Origin: Paragordius varius
Lineage: Eukaryota; Animalia; Nematomorpha
Assembly (NCBI GenBank): GCA_964247055.1
Contig: OZ176054.1
Location: 13,206,001 to 13,270,000 of the forward strand
DNA length: 64,000 nt
Direction: 5' to 3'
The notes under the pieces are model-generated. The model was not told the origin of the DNA. It did no database searches and saw only the letters and a program-made list of their open reading frames with translations. Of this stretch, positions 1 to 12,152 are shown one piece after another. The first letter of the stretch is position 1. Each line of letters begins with the position of its first letter. The position numbers and the translations under genes were made by a program.

Positions 1-66
1 TATTAAATGACAAACACAAAATGAATTAATCAAAAACTAGCGTTTTATTTTATTAATCAAACAATC

Positions 67-823
67 ATGTCAAATTTTTAAACCTGAAAAGAAACATTTG
101 CGGCACGCATTGTCATCAAGAGAAACGCTGTTAAAGTCTATCGTTTCTGACAGAAACATATGGTTCCAATGAAGTTAATATGCAAGTAAATGGAGACCCA
201 AACTTATAATAACAAAAAACAATTAATAGATGTCTAGGAGCAATGGGAAAGACCAACTTGGTAAATATACATGATTCGTATAAACAAATATCAAAGTGAC
301 TTGTGGAATTCTGCTTTGAAATCCTTTTTGCACCAAATTGGGACGGGGGATAATAAATGAAATTATATTGTAAATCCAAAGTAAAAAAATATGGCCTGCC
401 TTAACCCGATCAATCAGCAATGCAAGGAGAGTGCCTTCTGTGTGGTCAGAGTAGAGCGATATTGTGTAAAATAAATCTTTGAAACCCGGGGAAACTGTTA
501 ATACACAACGCTTTAGACAACAAATGATTAATTTAAGCCATGCATTAAGCGAATACTAGAATTAACCCGAAAACATGGCAAGGGATTTTGTTACATGCGA
601 ATGCTCCATCTAACCCAGAAAAATCTTACCTTAATATCGCTTCAATGAAAAATTCTATCGCGTCCGCTGACCGCTTCTGACCTGAATAAGACTAAAACTT
701 TGCATCAATGGGTGCAAAGAGTTACACATGGGTTTTCGCCAAACAAAATAGTTTTTCTGACACAGCATTTATATGTTACCTAAGAGGACAAAATGCAAAG
801 TTAATGTACACTATTTTAAAGAA
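67..823 (+). mobile_element. Decayed mariner (Mos1/mauritiana-like) transposase remnant
   Basis: Frameshifted fragments match recalled Mos1 motifs: MSNF.PEKKHLRHAL (N-terminus), RCLGAMGK (NRLREMGK), CFEILF (TCEILL), LKPGETVNTQRFRQQMINLSHAL (LKPGETVNTARYQQQLINLNRAL), ILLHANAPS (IFLHDNAPS), FASMG, HSIYMLPKR...HYFKE (GIHKLPERW...KYFE). Multiple stops and deletions; TIRs not resolved. Confidence 0.85.
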
Positions 824-1300
824 TCGATGTTATGTTTTTTTTACAAAAACTTTGACAACATCTCTTATTTTGGTAAATTTAAATTTGATAGCGAGAAAAA
901 TTTTACCACAAAGCATAAAATATGTAATTAAGTGTTAGCGAGGTAAAGAACTGGATGTATCAATCGCCATTTAATATTGCATAGGATTTCATTTGAAAAA
1001 GGGGTTTATGAAACCGACAAGAATTCGATGAGTTCCTAATATGGTTAAGATAGATAAGATTTTACTGATAATACAAAAAAATGGTTAATTAATTCAAATA
1101 TATTACTTGTGTTATGGAATCAATTATTTTTAATTATTGTGTCTCTAACAACAATCATATATAATGCTTATAAAATATATAATTTTTTAGTGATAAACCC
1201 ATCATTAAATGGTTTGAATTCAAGGCTTTGTGAAAGTTTGCATAAAAATTATAATTGAAATTATTCGGAATTTTCGGTACTACACTAATAATCTAATAAA

Positions 1301-2310
1301 ATGTTTCCGATTCCAAATTCCTTATTTGCACGGTATGATATAAACCTAAATTCACACACAAAAATAAACCCTTAAACGCCTTAACAATACGTTATCCACG
1401 CAAACAAATTTTACAAGTTCAAATTGGCCAGTTACCTTAAATACTATCAACACAGCAAGTCAACCATTTATCCCGCTAGGTGGAACGAAAAAACCCATAG
1501 TAGAATGGAAACTGTGGATTATTATTGTTGTAGGATTTTTGGCCATATGCCTCATGATTGGAATCGTGATGTTCATTGTTAGAAAACGGTTTAGTCATCG
1601 TAAAAATTCTAATCAAGATACCATTTACGAAGATATTGATGGTTTAATTATATATCTTAGCAATTTATAAATAAAAATTTCCAGGAATATATCTAATACT
1701 ATATAAATTGGTTCAAGAACATTATATTATCTTTTTCCGTATTTATTATTTAAGTTACTTTCATTAATTAAATATAGGTAAAGAAAACATTTTAGGCAGA
1801 AAATTAACGCGTAAACAATCTAACATAAACCTTTTGTTCGGAAAACAACGGAAATCAGGACAGTCAAAAAATGATAAGACAAGTTTAAATGACTCCGAAC
1901 GAGGTTCAATGGGAAATTATGTGTTTTACTTTTTATACGATGACATATATGTTGAATTTATGGAGTACTTTAACAAGAAGGAACCTAGTAGGACTTTGGC
2001 CTCCGAACTTAGCCCTCTAAGACAAACTCCTAGCCCATCAACTCCAATCCAAAGCGGCAATGATAATATAAATATCGAGTCCCCACCTTTAATTACAAAA
2101 ATGGGTTCCATATCGAATAACCCTATTACTAATCAATTTGTGAATGTTCCTGAAGAAAAACTGCCTGTACATAATGAAACTTTGCCCTTGTTAGAATCTC
2201 ATAGAGATATGGAAAATAAAATATCACCAAATGAAGGTTCAGAAAGTCCAGATGATTCACCATCCCCTACCTCCCCATCTGATAGCCCTGAAAATAATGA
2301 TGAACCATAG
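1301..2310 (+). CDS. Orphan single-pass membrane protein (3-exon model, ~262 aa) with Ser/Pro-rich cytoplasmic tail
   Basis: Exons 1301-1332, 1418-1641 and 1778-2310 join in frame through GT-AG introns. Hydrophobic span LWIIIVVGFLAICLMIGIVMFIV is followed by RKR and IYEDID. The last exon is track ORF 1834..2310. The true start is uncertain; 1921-1977 could be an in-frame intron. Confidence 0.6.
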
Positions 2311-3662
2311 CTTAGTATGATTATGCTTACATGTATTTAAAATAAATCCTAAATGGTTTAAGATTTTTAGGTGGGAAAAATTACGATGAAACAAAAATCT
2401 CTAAGTAGTTTGATCCAAAAATGAGGTGCATATCAATTATATTAAATTAACATAAAATTACACCTTTTTCTATTGGCCAACTAATATAGTGAAACATGCA
2501 GGAATGTGTCATTTTATACATATTCAAACAACAATTATATACAAATATTACATTAATCATATATGTTAAAAAATTATTTTTAATTTACTAATCTAACTGA
2601 ATTTTACCTATTGTCATATTAAAACATATTTTAAACATTAAATTTTGTATATTATTTATGACAAGCACCCTGCATTTTATTTTACTAACACATTTAGAAT
2701 GAGGTTTCTAGAAAATCTCGATAAAGTTAGGTTATAGAAATTTATTAATAAAGGATGGTGCTTTTGGTTTTGGGACTTTAAAGTCATTTATGAAAGTTAT
2801 AGCAACCTTTGCATTTATTATCGCAAATTTAGCACACATGTTAAATGTTTTTATACACAATTAGGCCTAAGCAAAAATTTAACGAATCTAAAAAATATAT
2901 AGCAAATAATGATTTTTTCGAATTAGATTAAAGTCGCACATTTCTAAAATCTGTTAAAATGGGCTAGTGTCATAAAATTTATGTAACCCAAGATAGAACA
3001 AAAAAGCTTTTTTTGGTATTGGGTTTGCAAAAATCTTATCATAATATTCTTTAAGCTTTGATATTTTAGTGGAGTGATCAAAAATAGATTTCCGGGCCGC
3101 ATTTTGAAAAATAAAAACACCTATTCTAAGCGTTATCTATCTCATCATAATTTGGATAGATTTTTCATATTATAGTTTTAGTAATTTATTTACATAATAT
3201 TAAATTATCTGTTATATGATCTAATATCGCACCATATATTCTGAAAAAAATTCAAAATATCTATGGCTTCCTTTAAATTCAGTATGTTTTCACGTTTCAA
3301 CATTTATTTTGCATAAAAAGGTAGTATTGATAATATAATTTAAAATAAATAATTTTAGAAGTAATTCAAAATAGACATGATTGCAACTGTATAGGATAGG
3401 ATTCAAAATAATGAATCTTTGGGATAGCCATAAGAACTATTTGTTAAATATAGTTTTTCATTCACATTAATAAATACTAAGGTAAATTAGAAATAATAAG
3501 CGGATATTTCCAGACAGAATCAATTATTGGTAAAAAATATGAGATTATAAAAGAGGCTGATGGGTTGGCTGCTATTAAATTGTAAAATAAGGGTTAATAA
3601 ATAATACGTTTTTTTTATAGGTTTTCATAATCATCTTTTTAACTTTTATATTTGATTTGTAG

Positions 3663-6600
3663 AAAGAATTGTTTAAAGAAACACCCCCTAGCCCATCAAA
3701 GGGGAATGATGGAAAAATTAGGAATTTTGACTTGAATGATCAATCCATTGCAATTATACCTCGAAATAAAAGCGCAAATAGTAAAACTTTACAATTATCT
3801 TTTTACTTAATATATATATGTATTTTGAGATCAAATTTTGAAATATTTTTGATTATATTTACCAATAAAAATATGTGGAATATATAATAATTAAAATTAA
3901 AAGTATGGGTTTTTTTTATAGAAAGGCATAAAAAAGTTAATAACTCAAGTTTTTTTTTATAAAATCAACCAAATTTTTAGGGAATATAAGTATTCAATTT
4001 ATATAATTACATAAGAAGTAGGCTCAGTTTCATATTCTATTTTATTTATCCAAATCATTTAAACTATATAAAAAAATAGCTAAAAATTTCTTATAAAATA
4101 GATAATATTTGAACCTTTGGGTATAGTAATTAAATTTAAAAATGATTTTTTTTACGCAACATTTATCTTTTTTTCTATAAATTATATCATTATTTTATAT
4201 TAGAATCAAGCTTGAATAATTCCTTATTATTTCCATCAACTCCATTCAAGCTTTTCGGATCTGGTCAGAAAAATGCCAGTTTTATCCCTCAACATTCAAA
4301 TCCAAATAATGTTGAACAAAACTCGAATGGTAGGAATTTGAAAAAATTAAACGTAAAAGCAGGGACATATATTAGTCCAAAAACAACTGGAAATTTTTCA
4401 TTTTCACAAAAATCATCGAATTTCAATGGATCAACAACAATGGATTTCAAAACCTCACCATCAAGAAAGATTTTTAATATTGAAGACAATCCTAGTCATT
4501 TAAGTCTGTCTACCCCGGGTGTTAGGTATTATTGAAATTAATTTGTTCGAAATTGCTTTTTGTTGGCTCACTTTAACGAACGAGTTTATTTGATATGTTT
4601 GAAATTTTTGGGTATAAAAGATAGATATAGATCAAAGCGTGTCCAACACGCGCTTCGAAAATATTTTAGCATCCCTAGAAAAAAAAAATACTCTCTAGCG
4701 ATAATTGTTATCATAGATTTTTTACAGTCCTGTCCTATGGTTGAAACTTATAAAATATCTATACATGTTTATATACTTTTTAAATGAGGGGCGCCTGTCG
4801 GTTTTTTAAGTCAAAAATGCCACCCACGAATTCATTTGTGTTGAACACCCCCTTGTTTAGAGCATTAGGTTATCAATGGAAAACTTTTCAAAAACAGTCG
4901 ATATATATATATGCAAGAATTTTTCATGTAAATCCATATATATGGATGGGAGGAATTGATAATGTAATAATATCACCATCGTTTATATGAGATTTAAATT
5001 TTTTGCAAAAAAGTTTGAAAAACAAAATCTTACATCTTTTCATATATATATATATATATATATATTAGTCGTTATCAATCACTATATCCGAAATTAACTG
5101 TGCCAGACTCAGTCTTTTCATCAGATTCGACTGATTCAAATGCGCTCTTTTCATCTTTCCATCAAGACAACCAAAATCTAGAAAATATTGATAATCGGGA
5201 TTTGTCTTTTATATCGACACGCGACAATTTATCAGGACATTCTGGTATAATAACATATGTATGGCTTGAAAGTTATCGAAGAATTGAAATTTTTACAGTT
5301 TTTGTCGTTTTTTTATCTGATAAAAAGCGATGAATTTTAATGGAAATAGCCTAAAATTAAATGTTTTTGTTCCCTAACTACTCTGTATTTATATAATTTC
5401 TATGGTGTGTAAAAAGAATTTTAAATTGCTAATTTTTTGTCTAAAAAATTGCGATATACACTAAAAAATGAAATTATACGGACAAAATGTAAAAGCATAA
5501 AGACAAAATTTTTTTTTCAAACGAAATTATACTTTTTTAAATCTTATTTTATCCAATAAAACACATTTAATTACAATCGAAAAAATACACAATTGATTGT
5601 GTTACCAATTTACTTTCTATATTATAATAATCTGTATTTAAAAAAAATGAGTTAGTTTTCTTTTTGAAAAAAATATTTGTCTTTATATTATCACGTTTTT
5701 TTACTGTTCTTTTAGAACATGATGGTGGTCACTCCTTTGAACACCAACATAGAAAGCCATGTGCGCAAATCAACTCTAATACGATTGAATTATTTCATCC
5801 ATCTATGGTAGAGGATTATTACCAATCAAATAACTTTTACAGTGAAGACGAGGGCGAAGGTGAATTAATCAGTAGTGATTCTGATGAGGGAAATAATGAA
5901 AGCCCTCCTACCAATAAGAAAAAACGAAGTGGCAGAACACAAAAGACGACGACGACTCCTGGAAAATTGCAAAATTTTAGTGGCTCTAATAGTTCCCTGC
6001 AAAATAGGAACCATCAAGAATCATCGTTGAATGTGAGCAGCTTGCTTAAGAAATTAGCCTTTGAACGGCCCTTGTTTAAATGTACTAAACCTGGGTATGT
6101 TTAACTAATTTTTAAATACTTTATATACCAAATATGGGGTTAAAAAAGTCTATTGTGATTTAATTTTAAATTATTAAGGTATAAATTTGACCATACATAT
6201 AAATTTAACAATTGAGCTTATTATAATAAAAACGCTTATGACAAATCACACATTATTGTAAGAAATAGATTTAATTCATTCCACTTTTGAATATATCATT
6301 TGTTTAGGCATATGGATGTTAATTAATGGTTTTATACTCAATTTTATATTTCACTATATTGTATTTAAAAAGTTAATAACTGGTTGCCTTTTTTAAAAGA
6401 AAAATATTGTCTTTTAGTTTTTACTGTGATATAAATGAAATTCCTAAATACATATCTATGATAATCTTTTTTTTTCTTAGATATACCACGGCCCCAAGCG
6501 TAGAGGAATGTTATGAAATGTATTTAAACAATTTGCGAAAAACTATAATAGATTTTTATGACACCGATCCTGATATGGTGGATAGAGCCAGGAGTCGTCT

Positions 6601-8572
6601 AATGATTAACAATTTTACGATTGAAAGAAAGGTTTTTATTTAATCTTTTTTTTAATTGACAAAATATATAAAATTATCAATCGTATTTGCCATTATAAAT
6701 TTATAAAGATCACTTTAAAATATTAAAATTTTGTTGGTCAAGTGATATAAGTCAAAAACAATGGTGAAAAACTAAGTTTAATGTAAAAACAAATTATGAC
6801 CTTTGTTTAATATTTCGATTTATTTATATATTATACGTATATATATATATATCGCAAAAATTAACCTTATAATAAGAATTTATAATATGTCGAATATTGA
6901 CCGTAAAATATAAATTTTTAATATCAAAATTTTAAACTTAAATTTAGAAAAAACATAGAATAACATATATTATATTTTGGATTATTTTCATATTATATTC
7001 TCTTTGTTTTACTATTGTAGGGTTATGGATCTATCATGTTCCCTGGAGAAATTAATGTTATAGGCCTCAACATTGATAGGAATGGTAAAAAGATTTATTT
7101 ATGCTCTAAATTATAAAATTACCATATTTTTGAAAATTTTAACGGGGAAAAAATTAATTTTATTTTTTTTGAATAATGAAAAAACAATTATAGATAAAAT
7201 TCATTTTTTATAGCCATATATATACATATTTTTAATTCTCAAAGGGTATATAAAATATTCAATAAAAACCATATTGAAATAAAATTAATTCATTTGCAAT
7301 TTTTGTTTTTATTTTTAGTCCTGATTGATGTTAAGGATGTCGAAATTTATCCGGACGAAGTGGAAAAACCCATTTTGGGTGAGGAAATGAGCCGACCAGC
7401 TCTTATAACACTTCACAATACTTATCCAATTGATAAATCAACTTTGCAACCAATTAAGGTAACAATTTTTAGTAGTTTTGTTTTATTAACAAGTTAAAAA
7501 TGTTATAAACTACTACTTGTAAAATAAGAAATCGTTAATGTGTTTTAAAAGGATTATCATAATTTAAAACACATTCAAACTCTAAATAAACCACATATCA
7601 CAGTAAAAATTCAAATTATATTATGGACAAAATGTAAAAATATAAAGATAAATCTTTTTTTTTCATAAAAGACAACCATGTTTTTTAATTTTGATTTTTT
7701 TATTGTGTTTAAAATTGCAAAGTATGGAATAGCGATATATATATATATTGGTAACACAATCAATTATATAGTATATAATTGTAAATAAATAATTTATATG
7801 GCAAAAATTTAGATTTAAAAAAATGGCTGTTTTTTGAAAAATATTTGTTTTTATATTTTTACGTTTTTTCCGTATATGTTCAGTTTTTACTGTGAAAAAC
7901 TTTATGGTTTCGTTAGAAAAACCATATTTTTTAACCAGTTGTGCAATAATAAATTTTAAATTTAACACACAGCGTCAACTTAACTTAAATAAATAAATGT
8001 GAAAAGTAACCATTTTTTTAGAAATTAAACTTTTTTCTTACACCCTAAATTTTATTTAGACTTTGGGTTACGACGCAATCATATATATTTTCTATAAATG
8101 AGGATTTGATATTATATTTTCATTTGATTTTGAATAAAAATTTACAGAGTTTTATATTTTCTAGTTGACTGTTTTATTTTTAAAAAATTGCTTTTATTTT
8201 CTTTTTTTACTATGTGCAAATATATTTATATATGTCTGTGCCTGTATGCAGGAATTGGATAAAATAATTGATTTCAATTATGAAAAACGTTTACGCATCG
8301 CTTGTAACAAAATGGGCGTCAAATTTATCGATTATATTCCACACACTGGGACATGGATGTTTGAGGTAATTTTAGTTTCATTTAAAAAAATTAATTATTT
8401 GAGACAAGTTTTTATTTATTAAAATTTAAATTTTTTTTACATAATATCTGTTTTTAAAGTTTTTTAACCTTTACGCATTTACTATTTTTTTTTCATTTGA
8501 AAAAGTTCGTAATTTATCATTTTTTAAATATATAATATGATGCTTAAATTATTTTAGGTCTCCCATTTTTAA
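3663..8572 (+). CDS. NUP98: Nup98-like nucleoporin, C-terminal half with autoprotease domain (peptidase S59), copy A; 5' FG region absent
   Basis: Phase-consistent exons 3663-3780, 4204-4525, 5069-5244, 5716-6094, 6481-6631, 7021-7084, 7319-7458, 8252-8365, 8558-8572. Protein contains RNLKKLNVK, KPGYTTAPSVEE, INNFTIERKGYGSIMFPG, VEIYPDEVEKPILGEEMSRPALITL, NYEKRL, GVKFIDYIPHTGTWMFEVSHF*, which track the Nup98 APD (TKVGYYTIPS, DFTIGRKGYGSI, KPPVGEGLN, ETGSWVFKVSHF). Confidence 0.88.
5459..5706. mobile_element. MITE family A copy (shared with 26032-26291)
   Basis: TA|CACTAAAAAATGAAATTATACGGACAAAATG ... TTTTACTG long TIRs; the left end carries CAGT>CACT in both Nup98 copies. Confidence 0.75.
7601..7892. 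mobile_element. MITE family A copy
   Basis: CAGTAAAAATTCAAATTATATTATGGACAAAATG ... TTCAGTTTTTACTG termini with internal GACAACCAT / ATGGCTGT inverted motifs. Confidence 0.75.
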
Positions 8573-9367
8573 GCCTCAAATAGATTACTTTATCTGGAAA
8601 AAATAACTCAAAAATCAAACGCAAAGCCTACATAAGAAACAGCCTTCTCTATTATATTAATGTTATGATAAATACTATCCATTTTATATAAAAAATAAAT
8701 TGTTTAAATGCGGACATATACTAATGTTTATATTTATTGAAATCTTTTCATAAATATTTTTATTGTTTTCTTTGCTCATTTTCTATATAAATATGGTTTG
8801 TCATGTTTAAACCGATATTCATAATAAAATAAATATATATCTAGTATATAATGACTTTAAAACACAATGTTATAATAGTTATGTGATGTGGGGGTGTAGG
8901 GGTAAAATAAATAAAAATAACTAATTTATATATACAGGAAACCTCTTCATTTTTTATAAAAAAAATATGAATTTTATCAATTATTTTTAAAAAAACCCAA
9001 ATAATTAAAACTTAGATATGAAAAAATATAGTTTATTCTGTTGAAACTATACAAGTGTGCTTAAATTATCTTTTCAAATTCAAATTTTTGACTAATTTTT
9101 CACAAAAAAAGGTTTGACTGTTATACATATTAAAAAGTGACTGCTCTTGGCGGTTTTACATTTTACTAATGATTATTATAAAAAAAGATACATATATATA
9201 TAAATATAAGGGGCGAAAATCAAAAGAGATTTTTTCTACACTATACATATAAATTAGAAAAAAAAGTTAAAAGTAATGGAAAATGTGACTGACATGACAA
9301 CTCTTTTATATGTTTTTGAAACTTGGACAATAAAAAGGGTGGTTTTTTTCCCCACGTTTAGTTTTGT

Positions 9368-11256
9368 TTAAGACATGAATTGCATGATTGCTCGCAGTGC
9401 ATACAGATTGGCTGCTTGGATTTTGGCATCCATAATCATGAGATTAACATGAACCTAAATATAATAAATCAAACAGAAAATATTAAAAGTTTTTTCACTT
9501 AATTTTTAAAATTTGTTTTTAATACAGTAAAAAATTAAAATTATACGGGTAAAACGTAAAACTATAAAAAAATGTTTTTTTCCCAACAATACCTTTTTAA
9601 AACCTTTATTTTTCTTATATAAACTAAACTATTCAATTATAATTGTAAAAAATAATTCATGTGTTATTGATATAGATAGATCTCTCCATACTTTGGATTA
9701 AACAATGAATTTTAAGATTTAAAAAATAAGATTATCTTAAACAAGAAAATATTTGTCTTTATATCAATAAAACTCAATTAATCTAGTTGAAAGTTAATTA
9801 GAGTCATAAAAAATCGTAAAACCTACATGAGTTAATGTATTTGTATTATATTCTTTAAGCTCACAAAAATACTCCCTAAAAATATATGTATGTTTTTAAC
9901 TTTAATGTAACAAAAAATAAAATATCTATCTACCTTTTCAGATTCTAGGAAATCGCGCATAAATCCTTCCTTAATGCAAAACTCTAAGGAACTCAAAGTA
10001 CTGCTACTCCTTTTACTTAAAGGGGAAATTTTTGTCCCTTCATTTCCGACGCCGACGCCATTGTTAGACTTTTTACCCCGTTTTTTCGTGGTGCTGGTCG
10101 TTGAATGGGTTTGACCAGATTTTTTATTCTTGGAATATATATGTAAAAAGATTAAAAATTAAATATTAATTTGATAAATATCAAAAGTTAAAAAATAATG
10201 ATTTTTTTTTTTCATAAAAATACCCAACTATTTTATTTCGCAAACAAAGAACGATATGTTACCTATAGAGCAAAAAAATTAATTTTGTCCAAATAAAATA
10301 TTTGCCTTTTACTTTTTGTGTTTTTACTGTTTAATATAAAGTCTTGAAAGCGAAAAAAAAGTATTTTTTTTGAAAATTACACTAAATTTTTAAATCCTCA
10401 ATTATATTTAAGCTAAAATTATTAAATTAAAATAAGGTGTACTAACAAAATTTACATATCTATTTCATATTTTAAATGGATTTTATATATATATATATAT
10501 ATATATAAATTATATTTTTTCTTATTTATATATACGAAAAACTACAAGTCTTTTAAAGTTTTATTTCAAAACTTTTTTTTGAAAATCTTACTGTATTCGC
10601 GTTGCGATAAGGTGGATTAATAGAAGAATGTTCAATTTTTGTTGCAAAAAATTGTTGGTTGTTGTTATTGAGGGATGTTTCAGGAACCGATTCAATTCTA
10701 AATGATAATTATTTATATTTTATGATAAAAAATTGATATAAATTATTAATTAAACTGGATTAAATTATATATATATATATATATATTCACTCTTTATACG
10801 GATATATATGAAACATAGGGTATTTTTTCCAAAAAAAGCCAATCAAACAAACTTTAAATCTTTTCCTGTATAATAAATTAATTGTGTTACAACTTTATAT
10901 TTTTTATTTTATGCTTTGCAATGTAAATATTAATTTTATAAAATATCAGGTGTTTTAAAAAGTATCTCGAGTTGTTTAAAAAACAAAATGTTTATCTTTA
11001 TATTTTACGTTTTTCCATAGCAAAATTGCAATCTTTACTGTAGTATGTAATTTGGTAAAAATTGATATATACTATTGAGAAAAACTAATCACATTATGTT
11101 AAATATATTCAGTTTAAAACTTTTTCATTAATATAAAATAAAGATTGTTAAATAATTTATACGACCTGAATAATTTGGGCGATTTTTTCTCCATATTATT
11201 CCCATTTTTTTCATTTTTATTGTCTTTGTTGTGAATTACAATGTTGTAACAAGCGT
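9368..11256 (-). pseudogene. SESN: 5'-truncated duplicate of the Sestrin 3' end (last four exons)
   Basis: Exons 11166-11256 (partial), 10592-10697, 9934-10128, 9368-9454 parallel 31961-32112, 30768-30873, 30172-30351, 29606-29692. Ends [28 protein letters not shown]. Homology stops at 11256, with an in-frame TGA two codons upstream of the break. Confidence 0.85.
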
Positions 11257-12152
11257 GTCATTGGAATGGACTGTCACATCACTATACCACACTTTCCCTT
11301 TTGTCAGCGGTCTTATACTATGAGGGATTAAAACAATTGTTGTGAATCCGAATCATCAGCACATTTAATGAATCCAATTTGCCAATGAATAAATAATAGT
11401 TATAATCAGCATAATCAAAAGAGATGGTTTTAATGAACTTGTGCGTTCCATGTGCAAAATTTTAAAATCTAGCTTATGCAGGGATTACATTTTAGCTCAT
11501 GTATATATAATAAATTAAACTATTCCAGCAATTCCGCTGATAAAATAGATAAAGAGAGCATATAATAAGGAATTGAGCTGGCAAATAAAAGCAAAATTAA
11601 TTAAAACAAAAATCTAAAGACACGCCTAGGTGTCCAAAAATTGTTAGTTTATGTAATTTGCAATTTGGAACACCAGAGTACATATATGGATGTATTAGTA
11701 AATCTAAGCGCCTATGATTGCAATCAGAAAAAATTTTATATGGGAAGGCTGGTTGGAAAAGCAAATTTGAAGGCTTTGGGCCTTCTTCTCCAATGGCAAC
11801 CAGGGATCGGGACGTGTGAATCAAGACTATCAACTAAGGATTGTTACGTCAATAATCAAGGAGCGGAAAGGATCTTTTACGAGGTAAATGTATTATTTAG
11901 GTGTAAATGGGATAAACTCCATGAGAAAAGCCTAAATTTCGGAATCTACTTGGACAGATCAAATGCTGGGGATTTGGGACTGGACGATTGATGGAGCGAC
12001 ACAGGAAGAGGAACCTACTTATTACTAGGTAATCTTAATTTTTAGGTGTTGATTGGGACGAGGGATCTGTTGGGATGAAGCTCTTGGGCAGATGGGGAGA
12101 AGGCAAATCATGCCTGGAGCGGATTGATGGCAACACTCATGGTAAGATCTCA

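Larger units (their letters stand above)
1..3582. repeat. Segmental duplication, copy 1 (partner 58490-62071, offset 58489)
   Basis: Every ORF in the track recurs with identical translation at +58489 (131..379 = 58620..58868, 1834..2310 = 60323..60799). Identity ends after ...GGCTGCTATTAAATTG (3582/62071). The left end lies outside the window. Confidence 0.97.

Noticed and set aside
131-938. Track ORFs 131..379, 223..420, 708..938 (and copies at +58489) as genes
   Set aside because: Antisense or off-frame readings of the decayed mariner transposase.
2030-3700. Shared CCTAGCCCATCA 12-mer suggesting fusion of the TM gene with Nup98 copy A
   Set aside because: A short match explained by Pro-Ser-Pro-Ser codons; the TM gene has its own stop at 2310 and no in-frame donor was supported.
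7663-7968. 101-aa minus-strand ORF (also 55742..55978, 36488..36718, 13103..13345, 41134..41349)
   Set aside because: These overlap MITEs, simple repeats or AT-rich low-complexity sequence; the K/I/F/N-rich composition is typical of chance ORFs (41134..41349 also overlaps a Sestrin exon in another frame).
8570-8636. Stop-codon readthrough of Nup98 into a conserved tail
   Set aside because: The downstream 20 codons differ in frame between copies A and B because of 2-nt indels, and neither resembles SKYGL.
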